Assembly (NCBI GenBank): GCA_036630325.1
Contig: CP142729.1
Coordinates: 496,001-560,000 of the forward strand
Direction: 5' to 3'
Source: Vairimorpha necatrix
Taxonomy: Eukaryota
Length of the DNA stretch: 64,000 bases
Positions 27,503 through 39,004 of the stretch are shown here, in pieces (position 1 is the first letter of the stretch; every line of letters starts with the position of its first letter). The notes below the pieces were generated by a model, which ran no database searches, was not told the origin of the DNA, and was given only the letters and a program-made list of their open reading frames with translations. The position numbers were made by a program, and so were the translations under genes.

Positions 27503-28999
27503 ATGATGGTTTTGAATATCTTCTTAATTGTTTTCTTAGCAAACGCTACCGAAAATTTGTCAAATAAACTACTCAATATTGTAAATAAAATGAAATTAAA
27601 TAAACAATATGACGAATTCGACATTTTAAAAACTTATGAAATAGATTATATTTCCTATAATGATACAAACTTAGATATAGATAAAATTGAATTAAACAAT
27701 AATGTGACACAAACAGAAATTATCATAAGCAATTATGAAGATACTATTGATGAATGTATAGAAATGTTATACAACAATAAAAATGTAAAACAAGGCCATA
27801 GAATACTCATTTATGACAAAAATCAATATAATTTTGATAATTATAAAAGGCTTATTGATAATTTAAAAGAATACAATTTACAGAATAAGTTACAGAAAAA
27901 TACTATTTACTACGAAACGTTCGCTGAAAAAAATAGTCTGATATATGATTGCATTTTTAATGACATTCAAGATATTAATTATTTGAAAAACAATCGCCCT
28001 TACTTTTATTATTTATTCTATCAATGTAATGGAATTTATTATTTCTTTAATATAAATATTAGAGAACTTGAACCTCAAATTATTTTTAAAAAACATCTAG
28101 AAAATCATTTTAGAGTCAAGAATTATGATGTACGACTTTTAACATATTTTTTAAATCATTCTGATTTTTATGATTTTAACGAAATTTACGGAATTCCTCA
28201 ATTTATGAAAAAAGAAACACTCGAAAAAAATGATATAGATAAACCAGAACTTATAGACAGTTTTTCTCTTCATTATGAAGAAGATGTTATAATATATAAA
28301 CATCAATCAAATACTACTGTATTTCTACATACGAAAGAAATAAAAAAAAATACCAATGATGCATCTAAAAAAATAGTTATTAGTAAAATTCAGTTTGAAG
28401 ATCTAAAAAGATTAGTGCTTTTTATGGATACAAATAGAAAAAATGTTGATGAAATCAACATGTTATATAAAATAATAATTAAAAATTATCCAATAGAAAA
28501 AATATTTGAAAATATTTATAGAAATAAAGATACCGCGATTTATATTTTTGTGAATGAATTTCGTGCCTCTTCGTTGTTAATGAGTAAGGATGAATTTAAC
28601 ATTCTTGTTTCAAATACGAATGTTTTTGACAAAACTATTATATCAATTTCAGGAATGAAAAAAGATATAGAAAAAAAAGTAAAGAATTTTATTCAATTTA
28701 TAACATACGAAAATAACTATAGTACTTATATGATAAAAATAATTATTATTTTAGCATTTGAACAAATAATTAACGAAAATAAAATAGCATTAGATATATT
28801 TAAAACGATAAAAAATATTGTAAATATCATCAACGAAAATAATAAAAAAAATCTATATAAAGAAAACATTGATTTGGTTTATATTTTTGATGAAATTTTG
28901 AGGTATAAAGAAACTATTACTCAATCTGTTCAGGATACGTGGGAGGATATTTTTAACGAATTTTTGGCGTTTGAAGTGAAAAAAGAAAAAAACAATTAA
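27503..28999 (+). CDS. Orphan family A protein (498 aa), signal-peptide-like N-terminus
   Basis: GCCCCA before the ATG; leader MMVLNIFLIVFLANA; full-length similarity to 241..1734. Confidence 0.9.
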   Translation: MMVLNIFLIVFLANATENLSNKLLNIVNKMKLNKQYDEFDILKTYEIDYISYNDTNLDIDKIELNNNVTQTEIIISNYEDTIDECIEMLYNNKNVKQGHRILIYDKNQYNFDNYKRLIDNLKEYNLQNKLQKNTIYYETFAEKNSLIYDCIFNDIQDINYLKNNRPYFYYLFYQCNGIYYFFNINIRELEPQIIFKKHLENHFRVKNYDVRLLTYFLNHSDFYDFNEIYGIPQFMKKETLEKNDIDKPELIDSFSLHYEEDVIIYKHQSNTTVFLHTKEIKKNTNDASKKIVISKIQFEDLKRLVLFMDTNRKNVDEINMLYKIIIKNYPIEKIFENIYRNKDTAIYIFVNEFRASSLLMSKDEFNILVSNTNVFDKTIISISGMKKDIEKKVKNFIQFITYENNYSTYMIKIIIILAFEQIINENKIALDIFKTIKNIVNIINENNKKNLYKENIDLVYIFDEILRYKETITQSVQDTWEDIFNEFLAFEVKKEKNN

Positions 29000-29036
29000 C
29001 TATACTTTCATGATATTATTTTTACACAAACATAGT

Positions 29037-29168
29037 ATGTCACACGACATCCTTAATAACCCCATGCACTGAAGTAAGACTTCTAGACTTTGACCCGGGC
29101 TGTCATGTCTCAATTACGGCCGAGACATGAAAGCAGACAATTGCATCTCCGACAACAAACAAATGGCG
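29037..29168 (+). repeat. Dispersed ~125-bp GC-richer repeat, copy 2, with 9-bp stem
   Basis: Matches 20683..20815; contains TCATGTCTC-N10-GAGACATGA (29103-29130). Confidence 0.75.
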
Positions 29169-30218
29169 AAAAAAGAAATTTCTATTCTGATATATAAGGT
29201 CTTAATATGGAAAGCTATATAAGAGATTAGCTTTCTCTCCAATAAATTCTAAGTTTGATATTTATTAAAAATAAAACATAAAATGATGGATTTGTAGCGC
29301 TAAGCCGAAGTTTATAAACCAGAAGAGTCAATAAAAATCATACAAATATCAATTATTTAAACAGCCGAGCGTTTAGGGTTGCAGCTCGTACCACATATTA
29401 TTTTATTAAATTCTAAAATAAGCCTAAAATATGTATATAAAATACATTAAGAATATTTCTATACCAAATTAAGTATTAGAACGATTGTCTATGATGTCAA
29501 AATCGCTCATAATGCATTCTCGATTAGATATTTGTGGGGCATTTATAGTATAAAATAATCTATTTAATATAGAAGAATTATCAAACTTATCAGATCGATT
29601 AAACACTGATTTATGCAAAGATGATAAGCCTAAGTATATCTTTATGAAATAAAAATATAATTATCAGAAAGCATGAAAACGATACGAACAACATCATAAT
29701 AGATGAAAGGGTTGTATACGTCGTTATCTCATACTTACAGATTTCAACTCATTTTAACTATTTATTTTTATGTTTTATACTGAGGATTTGCCTGCAAAAA
29801 AATGAAGCTTAAAAACTATGCATAATAGCTAAATACCCTCTGAATAAATTTTAATCAGTTTGTGAATTATCTTAAAGCTTTTTCACATCGTTAGAAATGC
29901 AAAGAAATTTACTACCATTTACTCCTTAGAAACAACGTTCTAAATACAATAACTATTTTATTTCCGTCAGTAGTGTTTCATCTAATCAGAGTTTAAATTT
30001 TTGAATTTGTTATATATAACTTTATCACAACATGTTTAGTTATATATATAATCCACACTTCTGTAATCAATAAATAAATTAAAGCGTTAGTAAGCAATAC
30101 ACTTAGTTCTTTAAAAAAAATACTTTAAATTGCTTTAGAATAATTTATATTATATTTTCTGTCGTTTATAAAATTATAAAAAAAATATAAAAATAAAGAA
30201 GAAAGCAAAATTTTTTTT

Positions 30219-32657
30219 TGTAATGAAATAAGGTATATTTTTTTTTCATTATTGGGGTTAGAAAATATAAGAATATATAACATCCCCCCTCCAAGACGGT
30301 TAGTCTCCTACGTCATCATCAACCCTAAGCAGATCTTTAAGTCATAGTGCCTCTTCTTAACTAACGTCCATTCATTAATTTTACTACATAAGAATCTTCG
30401 GACACACAATCCTAATCGTCCCAATATCCAAAAACCTACCTTTTTTATACTTATTAGACCCCCTTAAATTTTCACTCTTCGCAACTCGCACTCTCTGTCC
30501 TTCGACGAACTTGTCTCTATATCTCTTTTAAAATCGACTACTATAATCTCCTTCTGGTCCACTTCTTAGAATTACATTGCCCGTATTATCTTTAACTGCC
30601 TCAAATGGTGTGCATCACAGACCTTCATGGTAACTATTATTATAAATCTCAAAGGCCTTCATAACTCTTTCTTCAAAGCTATTTTTGGGATTCATTTTTA
30701 AAACAGATTCTCTCAACGTACCAATAACTCTTTCAACTCTCCCATTGCTTTTATGTGATTCAATACTGGTCTTTCTGTGAGTTATATCCAACTTTCTGCA
30801 TAACTCTCGAAATTCCTTATTTGCAAATTCTCTTCCATTGTCCGATATGTTTTTTTCTGGTCTTTTATCATTTCTACACAAATTTTCTATAAATCCAGTT
30901 ATCGAGCTAGCACGCTTTTCTTTCAACACGCAACCCCATGAGACTCTCGTATGGTAATCAATGACTACTAAAACGAATTTCCCTAAATCTATATAATCGA
31001 TTAAATCTATTGCCACCTTTTTAGGTATCTACTTGTCGCAATAAAATCGCATCCTCCTGATTTTTTCCTATTGTATTTTTGGCATTTTCACATTTTTTTA
31101 TCATCATCTTTATATCTTCTTTAATTCCTGGCCAATAATAGTCAAACTTCATAGCATAATAGACACTTCCTAGTCCTCTGTGGGCCTGTTCTTCGTGGTA
31201 CCTCTTCATTAACTCTAACCTATCACCTATTGCAGGTATTTCCGCTCTACGACCAGAATAAAAATTCTAGTACTCCTTGTCTTCGACTTTCTCAACATGC
31301 TTTAACCATTTTCCCGCTATCTGTTTCTCAGTTCTTTGTCTAATCACTTCTCTCTTTGGTTCATTTACCTTATGAATTCTGCTCAATGCATCAGCAACAA
31401 CCATCTGATCGGGTTGCCTGTACTCGATTTCAAAATCAAACTCTTGGATCATCTCTATCCACCTGTTAATCCTATATTATTAAAAAATGGCTGTCTTCTT
31501 ATTTCTGCTAAAGCCTTATGATCAGTTTCAACCTTAAACTTTCTTCCTCTCAATTCATACTCAAACTTTTTTATGCCCCAATATACAGCGTACATCTCTT
31601 TCTCGCTAATTCCGTATCTAGTTTCAGTCGGAGTAAATTTCTTTGATGCCCATTGTACCGACACCCATTCCTCTTTTTCATTTTTCTGCATAAGTACAGC
31701 TCCCATACCAATATTACTCGCATCCGTTTTTAATAAAAATTCTTTCTCGCAATTAGAATCCTCAATTTCCCTAAATTCTTAAGCACTTTTTTCATATTCT
31801 CAAATTCAATATCCAACTCCTCAGTCCAATTCCAACTTTTGTTTTTCCCTCTTAAGCAATCTGTCATGTGTATCGTTTTCTCTGTCTAGTTCTTTATAAA
31901 TCAATGAACCAACCACTTAATCCTATAAATCTTTTTGTCCGTACCATTTTGCGGCTTCGGGAACTCTATTGTTTAGTTTATTTTCATATCAGATGGCATC
32001 ATATCTTGCCCATTCAATCTTGTCGTCTCATAATTTCTCTTCTTAATATATTTTATCTCTCTAGTTCGTTCCCGTGGTATTTATGGTCTATCTTCTATTG
32101 TTTCCTTTGCCTTATGCTGCCGTATTTCTAGAATATCTTCCATCGCTGCTGCTACTGTCCTCTTGATATATATTCTCACATTATTATTTATTCCTTTCCT
32201 ATCTGTATCTATATTAACATCTATTACTTTTATGTACTAATCATTTAAAAAACATCTCATAGACCTCACATACTGTCTGCCATGCTCTTTTTTCTTATAT
32301 ATATTTCTTTAGTTAACTTCTTTGTGACTTCTTCAATCATTCTAAATCTCTCTTCTCCATCTTCATAATCTTTATCAATCTCTTTTAGATGTGTTCCTAT
32401 TATGTCATGATTATGTTTTAAATTTATATTCCAAACCATAAAATTTTTCAGCTCATTGCTTCTCTTTTTGAAAAAATTTTCTTAAAATCATCATCGTGTC
32501 AACCCTCAATTATTTTGATCTCATACATAATAATCTCATATTCTTGCAATAATTTTCTGGCCTCTTGAACACGGCCAACACTTGTTAACTCGGATTTGGT
32601 ATCGCCACATGTGTATATATCCATTATTAGGGGTTGGAAATATAAGAATATAAAATA
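30219..32657 (-). mobile_element. Older Ty3/Gypsy LTR retrotransposon, internally deleted and degenerate, with ~50-65-bp LTRs
   Basis: Fragments of RNase H (KTDASNIGMGAVL, SEKEMYAV, ETDHKAL, VADALSR) followed by integrase (HEEQAHRG, AIDLI, SDNGREF, SNGRVER). Short direct repeats at 30219-30282 and ~32610-32657, PPT GGAGGGGGA next to the former, TGGCGATACC PBS-like site next to the latter. Protease and most of RT not found. Outer boundaries approximate. Confidence 0.85.
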
Positions 32658-33639
32658 TTTGATCTACAAATTAAAAAGTTTTTGGATCTTCTTTAGGAGG
32701 CAAAATTTTTAATTAATTACCCTATTTTAAATTTTAAAAAAATGTAAGCATCACAAAATAAAAAGTTCTAAGGTAAACTGAATAACACATGTTAACAAAT
32801 CATTTAAATTTTTTTATATACATCATAAAAAAACCATCTATCCATCTAGTATTATACTATATTTTAAAAAAAATTTGATTGATTTTTTGACCCTCTTTTC
32901 GTGTTATTTGTAACAAAATAACATAATATAAGCACTTATTATATTACAATGATATCTTATATAAGTTTTAAGAGCTTTTTGAAAATCATAAGTTGAAGAT
33001 CATGTGTTAATAGATTCTTATTTGGAATGTTGTTTTAAAAATTAGTTATAAAATATCGATTAAATCGATTTATAGAAAATATAGTTCTTTACATAGAAAA
33101 TTACAAAAAAACATTTAACTATAACATTTCGTATTATAAATGTCAAATATTTTACTTAAGAACATATAGAAGGTAGCTCACTAAATTTTATTGAATGATT
33201 TGAAACAAACACTGCATCCAACGTTCGCTTAGGAAATAATTTTTAAAGTTTCTTAAAATTATGATCTCTCACTTTTACATTTTAATTCTACTTCAAAAAT
33301 AAGTTACAAAAAAAATGAAAAAACAAATCAAGTTAATCTTGTTTCGAAAACAAGAAAGCATATTTTAGTTTTATATCTAAAAAAAAATTATTTTATTTTT
33401 TATCCCTAAAACTCAAAAAATGAAGGTAAATAATGTGTTGTCTTATATATATAAATATTCGTTAAATGTTCTTAATGTCTCAGACAATTTTATACCAGTC
33501 CCACTATTTAGACATTTCTTATAATCATTAGTTTCCTTAAAAGGAATTTTTTAAATTCTTTCTTTAGAAACGTAAACAAAAAAAAATGAAAAACAAAATT
33601 ATAAAAAGGAACTTAACAAAGTAAGAATATTTAATGAAT

Positions 33640-35070
33640 GTTATTGCCCGGAGCAATGGCCAGAAAATGCTGACTTGAGAAGGATACTAAAAAGATTTTA
33701 AAAGAAGATCAGTAGTATTTCCATGAAATTTGTATGTTAAAAGCTTTTTAATATTTGAGGTATGAAAGAAAAATTAATTACATTCGATAGACAAAAAGTT
33801 TGGAAAATTTAAAGGCTGGTCTTTTTTAACTAGGTTGGTGGAAAAACAGAAAGAGAAGCTTTTGGGGTAAAGCAAAATAATTTCTTCTTTTTGGGATGTA
33901 ATTAATGGTATCACAGAGCTCCCGCTGAGATTAAAAGTAGGCCTATATGGATCATTAAGATTGTTTGTTACCACAAACAACACTTCAAAATTTTCCCACG
34001 TCTTAAATTGGCTTCCTGGACGGGACAGATTGTTTACATTACTGCAAACAAAACTCTACGACTAAGCCCATAAAATATAAGAGAATTTTGAATGCTGCGG
34101 TATTTTTCAATATAGAAATCTAGTAACTAGACAAGTTATTAGATCAATCGTTTCAAAAAATCAAAGAGAAAGATATATTACTAGCTTTTTTTGCTCTCCG
34201 ACTATATCACGAACACAATGAAGCTTTATAATGGTTATTAATTTGTAGATTTTTTTAAAAAATAATTTGGATGGTATCACTTTTGATGAAACATGTTATA
34301 GTCAGGAATGCCTTTAAAACATTGTTTAGAACGTATGGTTCATATTTTATACTTCACATGATTACGACAGAGAATTATTAAATCAAGTACTCTTCGATTT
34401 TGTCAAAAATATGAAATAAGACATGTGAAGGGGATAGCTAGATGTCAATGGATATAGAGACAGATAGAACGATGTAATCAAACAATAGAGTGGATGATTG
34501 CATCTACCTTGAGAACAAAAAAAATTTAGGCAATTGACCGAGGTACAAAAAAAAGTTTCTGGTCTATTAATAATTAAAGACACTCTACTACGAGACAACC
34601 CCCATTCTCTCTAATGTTTGTTAGACTCATTAGGGTCATAATGGATGAGTCTAGAATTACTGGCATTCTGAATTAAATATAGCAAAAATCATGAACAACA
34701 ATAAGATGAAGAAAGGTTATCCGATGTTCTAGATGCAAATACTAATGAAGATATTGCTTAACTATATGCTTTCTATAACACAAACCTACTTAAAAAATAT
34801 TTTTTCATGGAGTAGCTAGAAACATAATAAATTATTACAAATAGAATGATACAAAGAAGTAAATCTAGAAATGATTTCTTAGAGTATAAAATAGGATAAA
34901 TGGTTCTTAAAAGACCTTAATTGGACAACAACATTAATACCAGAAGACATTCTCTTTGAACATTTAGATGCAGAAATCTATGTTATTAACAGACATAATA
35001 CAATTTATTAAGTAAAATTATGCAGAGAAGATGGAATTAAAATCATATTAAAAAAAAAAACTAAGAGATC
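33640..35070 (+). pseudogene. Eroded retroviral-type DDE integrase/transposase (Ginger or KRBA2/SCAND3-like)
   Basis: Ordered fragments across frames: LPGRDRLFTLLQTKL, RQVIRSIVSKNQRERYI, LFRTYG, FCQKYEIRHVKG, IERCNQTI, RHSTTR..PFSLMF. No RT or RNase H seen upstream. Boundaries approximate. Confidence 0.6.
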
Positions 35071-35128
35071 CAAGGTTGCTAGGTGATGAATAAAGTACTA
35101 AAAAAATCATTTACTTTATTATTATATT

Positions 35129-35198
35129 TGTCGAATGTTCCTTTATTTACGAATTGCATGGGGGTGAAAATATATAATATTTATAGAAGGATACGACA
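35129..35198 (-). repeat. 3' LTR (70 bp)
   Basis: Identical by eye to 38605..38674; abuts the PPT. Confidence 0.95.
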
Positions 35199-35211
35199 CC
35201 TCTCCCCCCCT
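35199..35211 (-). other. Polypurine tract AGGGGGGGAGAGG overlapping the pol stop codon
   Basis: 13 consecutive purines on the minus strand directly before the 3' LTR; TAG at 35212-35210. Confidence 0.9.
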
Positions 35212-38200
35212 AAATTGAAGTATCTGCTTTAACTCGTGTTTTGTTAAGCCTGTATACTTTTCCATTCTTTTTTACCACATAGGCATCGGGTAAAATTATT
35301 TCTGTGATCACGTATCCATCTTCCCAATTGCACTTGAACTTCCCGCTTTTGGTCTCACGATATATTAAAACTTTATCGCCCACGTTTAGCTTTTTCGCCA
35401 CCTCTACTTTCCCTTTCACGATTGCTTTTTTGTACTTTTCGAAGTTTTCATCGCGCTTACTCTTCGTTTCCTCCGCTGAGAATGTCACTTCTTCCTTGTC
35501 TAGCGCTTTGTCTACAGACAGCATCGGCAATTTATTCTCCCTTAACATGAACGGCGATGTTCCTATGCTCCGATTATAAGACAGGTTGAGGCATCTCGTG
35601 GCTTCTGGAAGCTTGTTCTTCCAGCTTACCCTTCCGAAATCTGTAATTTTATTTAGTATCTTCATTAACGTCTGATTCGCTCTTTCTACTGCGCCTACAG
35701 TTTCGTGATGTTCTGGTGAACTGTATTGCCAGTCAATACCGTTCTTTTCGGCCAGGTCTTTGATGTCAGAATTTATAAATTCTAGCCCGTTGTCAGTCAA
35801 GATTCTTTCTGGAATGCCGTGTTTCTCGATAATCAATTGCTGGATTAATCCCATTATTTTCGACCCTGTTTTATAGTTAATAACAGCCGTCTCGACCCAT
35901 TTAGAGTAGTGGTCAATAGCAATGAATATGAAGCTGTTTTGACCCGAAGTGTCGCATATGCGTCCTATGAGATCTATCACCCATATTTGGTTCGGCCTTT
36001 CTGATCGTATAACTTTGTTTTTTTGTGTTTCGTAATGGGTATCCCGATTTCAAGCACGTTTTACACTTTTCTACGTGTTCCTTGATGTCCTTATGCATTC
36101 CTGCCCATTTGTACCTCTGTGAAATCATGAAGCTCATCGTACTAGCGCTAGCATGTCCAACGTCTAGATGGTAGGATTCTAAGATCTTCTGTCTGTCTTC
36201 ATCGCTTGGTCCTGTAGCTTCGATGATATTTATATCTTTCTCTGTCGGGGTTTGTCTGCTTAACCCGTCTGCTCCATTAACCTCTCCTTTTATGTAGGTT
36301 GATTGAAATGCATACTCCTGCAACTTCATTGCCCACCTCAGCAATCTACTGGTAGGGTTCTTAGCTTCCCATAGATAAGTCAGCGCTTTGTGGTCCGTCT
36401 TCAATATGAACTCTCTACCCAGGAGGTAGTGTCTATAGTTCTCGATGCCTTTTACAACGGCCAAGAGTTCTTTGTCTGTTGTAGAGTAGTTCTTATGGGC
36501 TTTCTCTAAACTTTTGCTGAATGCACTTACGAAGTGCTCCTTCCCATCATCTCCAATCTGTGAGAGGATCGCGCCTATTCCCTGCTCTGACGCATCCGTA
36601 GTCAGTATAAACGGTTTCCTGAGATTAATCTTGTATCTTATTGTCTCTTCTGTGAGAAGTCTCTTTAGATCTTCGAATGCCCGTTTCTCCTTTTTGCTGA
36701 GAGAAATACTCTTAACACTTCGCTTTGACTCTCCTTTAAACAGTTCGTAGAGAGGGGCTGCTATCGCTGATAAGTTACGGATGAACTCCCTACAGTAATT
36801 TATGAGCCCAAGAAACGACCGTAGTTGAGCAATATTCGTCGGCTCCTTATACTCGTTTATGGCTTTGACCTTCTCTGGGTCCGGTTTGATCGTCTTGTTT
36901 GTTACTATATTCCCTAGAATTTTAATTTCTTCTTTGAAGAAGTGGCACTTCTTCCTGTTAAGTGCGATTCCTGCTGCCTTAAGCTTACCCAATACGATTT
37001 CCAAGTGCTCACGGTGTTCCTGTGATTTTTAGAATAGATAATAATGTCATCCAAGTATGGTATGACGAATTTTCTGTTTTCTTTCACAAAAATCTTATCC
37101 ATAGTTCTCTGAAAAGTAGCAGGGGCATTACATAGCCCAAACGGCATCCTGTTAAATTCATAATGTCCTCCTCTCCAGCTGAATGCTGTCTTCTCCTTGT
37201 CTACTTCTTCAAGGGCTATCTGATAATATCCCGACGTAGCATCTAATGTCGAAAAGATAGTAGCGTCAGCTAGATCGTCGAGAATTTCATCAATTCGTGG
37301 GAGGGGGTATTTATCTTTGACTGTTATCTTGTTGAGCTCTCTGTAATCTATACAGAGCCTGATCGACCCATCAGGTTTCGTTACCGGAACAACTCTACTG
37401 TTCCAGGGGCTCCTACTATTTCTTATTACGCCCAACTGCAAGTTCTTCTTGATCTGTTGTGTGATTTCCTCTTCAAAGTGCAGAGGGATCTTTCCATTTT
37501 TCTGGTAAATTGCCTTCGCTACTGTTGTCTCGATTTGATGTTTCCCCATGTTACAAAGTGTAAGCTCTGAAATTTCAGTTTTGAACATGTCATGGTATTT
37601 CTCTTCGATTGAGATGTAATTGACTTTGTTAATCAGTGAGCCTTTCTTGACTGTATTGGCGAATTTTCTGATCAGTTGTTCCAGTAATATGGGGTTCGTT
37701 CGTATAGCGTCAACTCCTAAGATTATGTAGTCCGGTGTCCGTTCTGTGACGTAAGGGCTGAAAGTAATTGAAGTGTTTTCCGTCCTAAAATTGATATTTA
37801 GACATCTTCCTGTAATCTCCAATTGTGTCCCTGATGCTGCTCGTATGATCGTTGAAGATCTGGTAAATCTGATATTTGTCCCTTCGAGGACTCTTGCGGG
37901 TATCAGGGAGACATCAGCTCCGGTATCAATTAATGCTCGATGTCGTTTACGATTGAATTCTACGTTTATGTAGCAAGGATTAGTGAAACAGCTGTTGATC
38001 TTGTAGTTTTCTATGGTGTAGGGTATATTTCCCTTCTTCGATGGTCCGACCTTCAAAGTCCTGTTATCTAGTGTCTCGTCCGTATTAGTCGTGTTACTTT
38101 TCATAGGGAATGCTATCCAAGAAACTTCCTCTGTGCGCCTCAGGAATTCACTCCAATCTTGGCATTGTCTAGCAAAATTATAAAGAATTGATTTGAGGAC

Positions 38201-38635
38201 TGAAGGAGACTTCTTGATTACTATGAGGCTGACTGCTTTGTACTCCATTGTTTGTTGCTCTATAAGGGAGTTTCCTTTCCTGCAGAAGTCTATGAAAGCC
38301 TCTAGGTTGCCAAATTGTTGCGGTTTAACAAACTCGTCTAGAGTGGCCAGAGTTTTCTGTGAACTGTAAAATCTCAATTTTAGACTCTTAGTAACCTCTG
38401 CCAGATCAAGTTCGGACACCCGTTCAAATGCCATTGCTATCCATGAGAGAGCTGGCCCCCGTAGACCCAGGCAGATAAGTCTGGCGGTCTGATCTTCTGT
38501 CAGTCCCATAACCCTCGCCGTGAACGTTGTGTCACGCAACCATGTATTTATATCCTCTTCCTTCTTTCCACTGAAGCAGCCAACAGTTTTTATCGCTGTC
38601 GCCATGTCGAATGTTCCTTTATTTACGAATTGCAT
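35210..38635 (-). pseudogene. gag-pol polyprotein (1,141 aa if repaired) with two compensating frameshifts
   Basis: ALIDTGAD (protease), RMPFGLCNAPATFQ and YLDD (RT), TTDASEQG and TDHKAL (RNase H), HLDVGH..CKTC, IDLIG, TDNGLEF, VERAN (integrase). The span of 3,426 nt is an exact multiple of 3. A 1-nt loss near 37020 and a 1-nt gain in the T run near 36018-36024; either may be a sequencing error. Confidence 0.9.
38594..38604 (-). other. Primer binding site TGGCGACAGCG (inside the gag frame)
   Basis: TGG immediately follows the 5' LTR end, complementary to tRNA CCA. The next base implies a G discriminator (Ser is a candidate, unverified). Confidence 0.7.
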
Positions 38636-38674
38636 GGGGGTGAAAATATATAATATTTATAGAAGGATACGACA
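38605..38674 (-). repeat. 5' LTR (70 bp) containing TATAAA, CCCCC-ATG and AATAAA
   Basis: Minus strand TGTCGTATCCTTCTATAAATATTATATATTTTCACCCCCATGCAATTCGTAAATAAAGGAACATTCGACA. Confidence 0.95.
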
Positions 38675-39004
38675 ATATTTTTTTTTTTTATTATCCCTTC
38701 AAAATTATTCCCCTCAAAAATTCGAGACCAAATTTCTAGTTCATCGTAAACGACCATTTATTTGTACTATTTTTTCGATTGATCCCTCGCTATAGATTTT
38801 TTTACCTCTGGCTATCGTTTCGAACTGTGACAATAAATAAAAAAATTTTAAAAATGTTTTCGCTGTTGATTTCATACTTACTATTATATTTATTCTTTTA
38901 AATATCAAATTTATTTTAAATTCTTTTTTTTTTCGAATTAGAAAATCATAATAAACAAACGATAAATAATAGTTTATTTCGTTAATTTTTTTCTTTAGTT
39001 TAGA

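Larger units (their letters stand above)
35129..38674 (-). mobile_element. Complete 3,546-bp Ty3/Gypsy LTR retrotransposon with identical 70-bp LTRs
   Basis: LTRs 35129-35198 and 38605-38674 with TGTCG...CGACA ends; 5-bp TSD ATATT (35124-35128, 38675-38679); PBS-like and PPT sites; domain order PR-RT-RH-IN. Confidence 0.97.

Noticed and set aside
34622-34652. TAGACTCAT...ATGAGTCTA stem
   Set aside because: A 9-bp stem inside an eroded integrase coding remnant; no other support.
35304-37973. Plus-strand ORFs inside the Gypsy element, and similar antisense ORFs in other genes
   Set aside because: Antisense shadows of real coding frames with no independent start signals.
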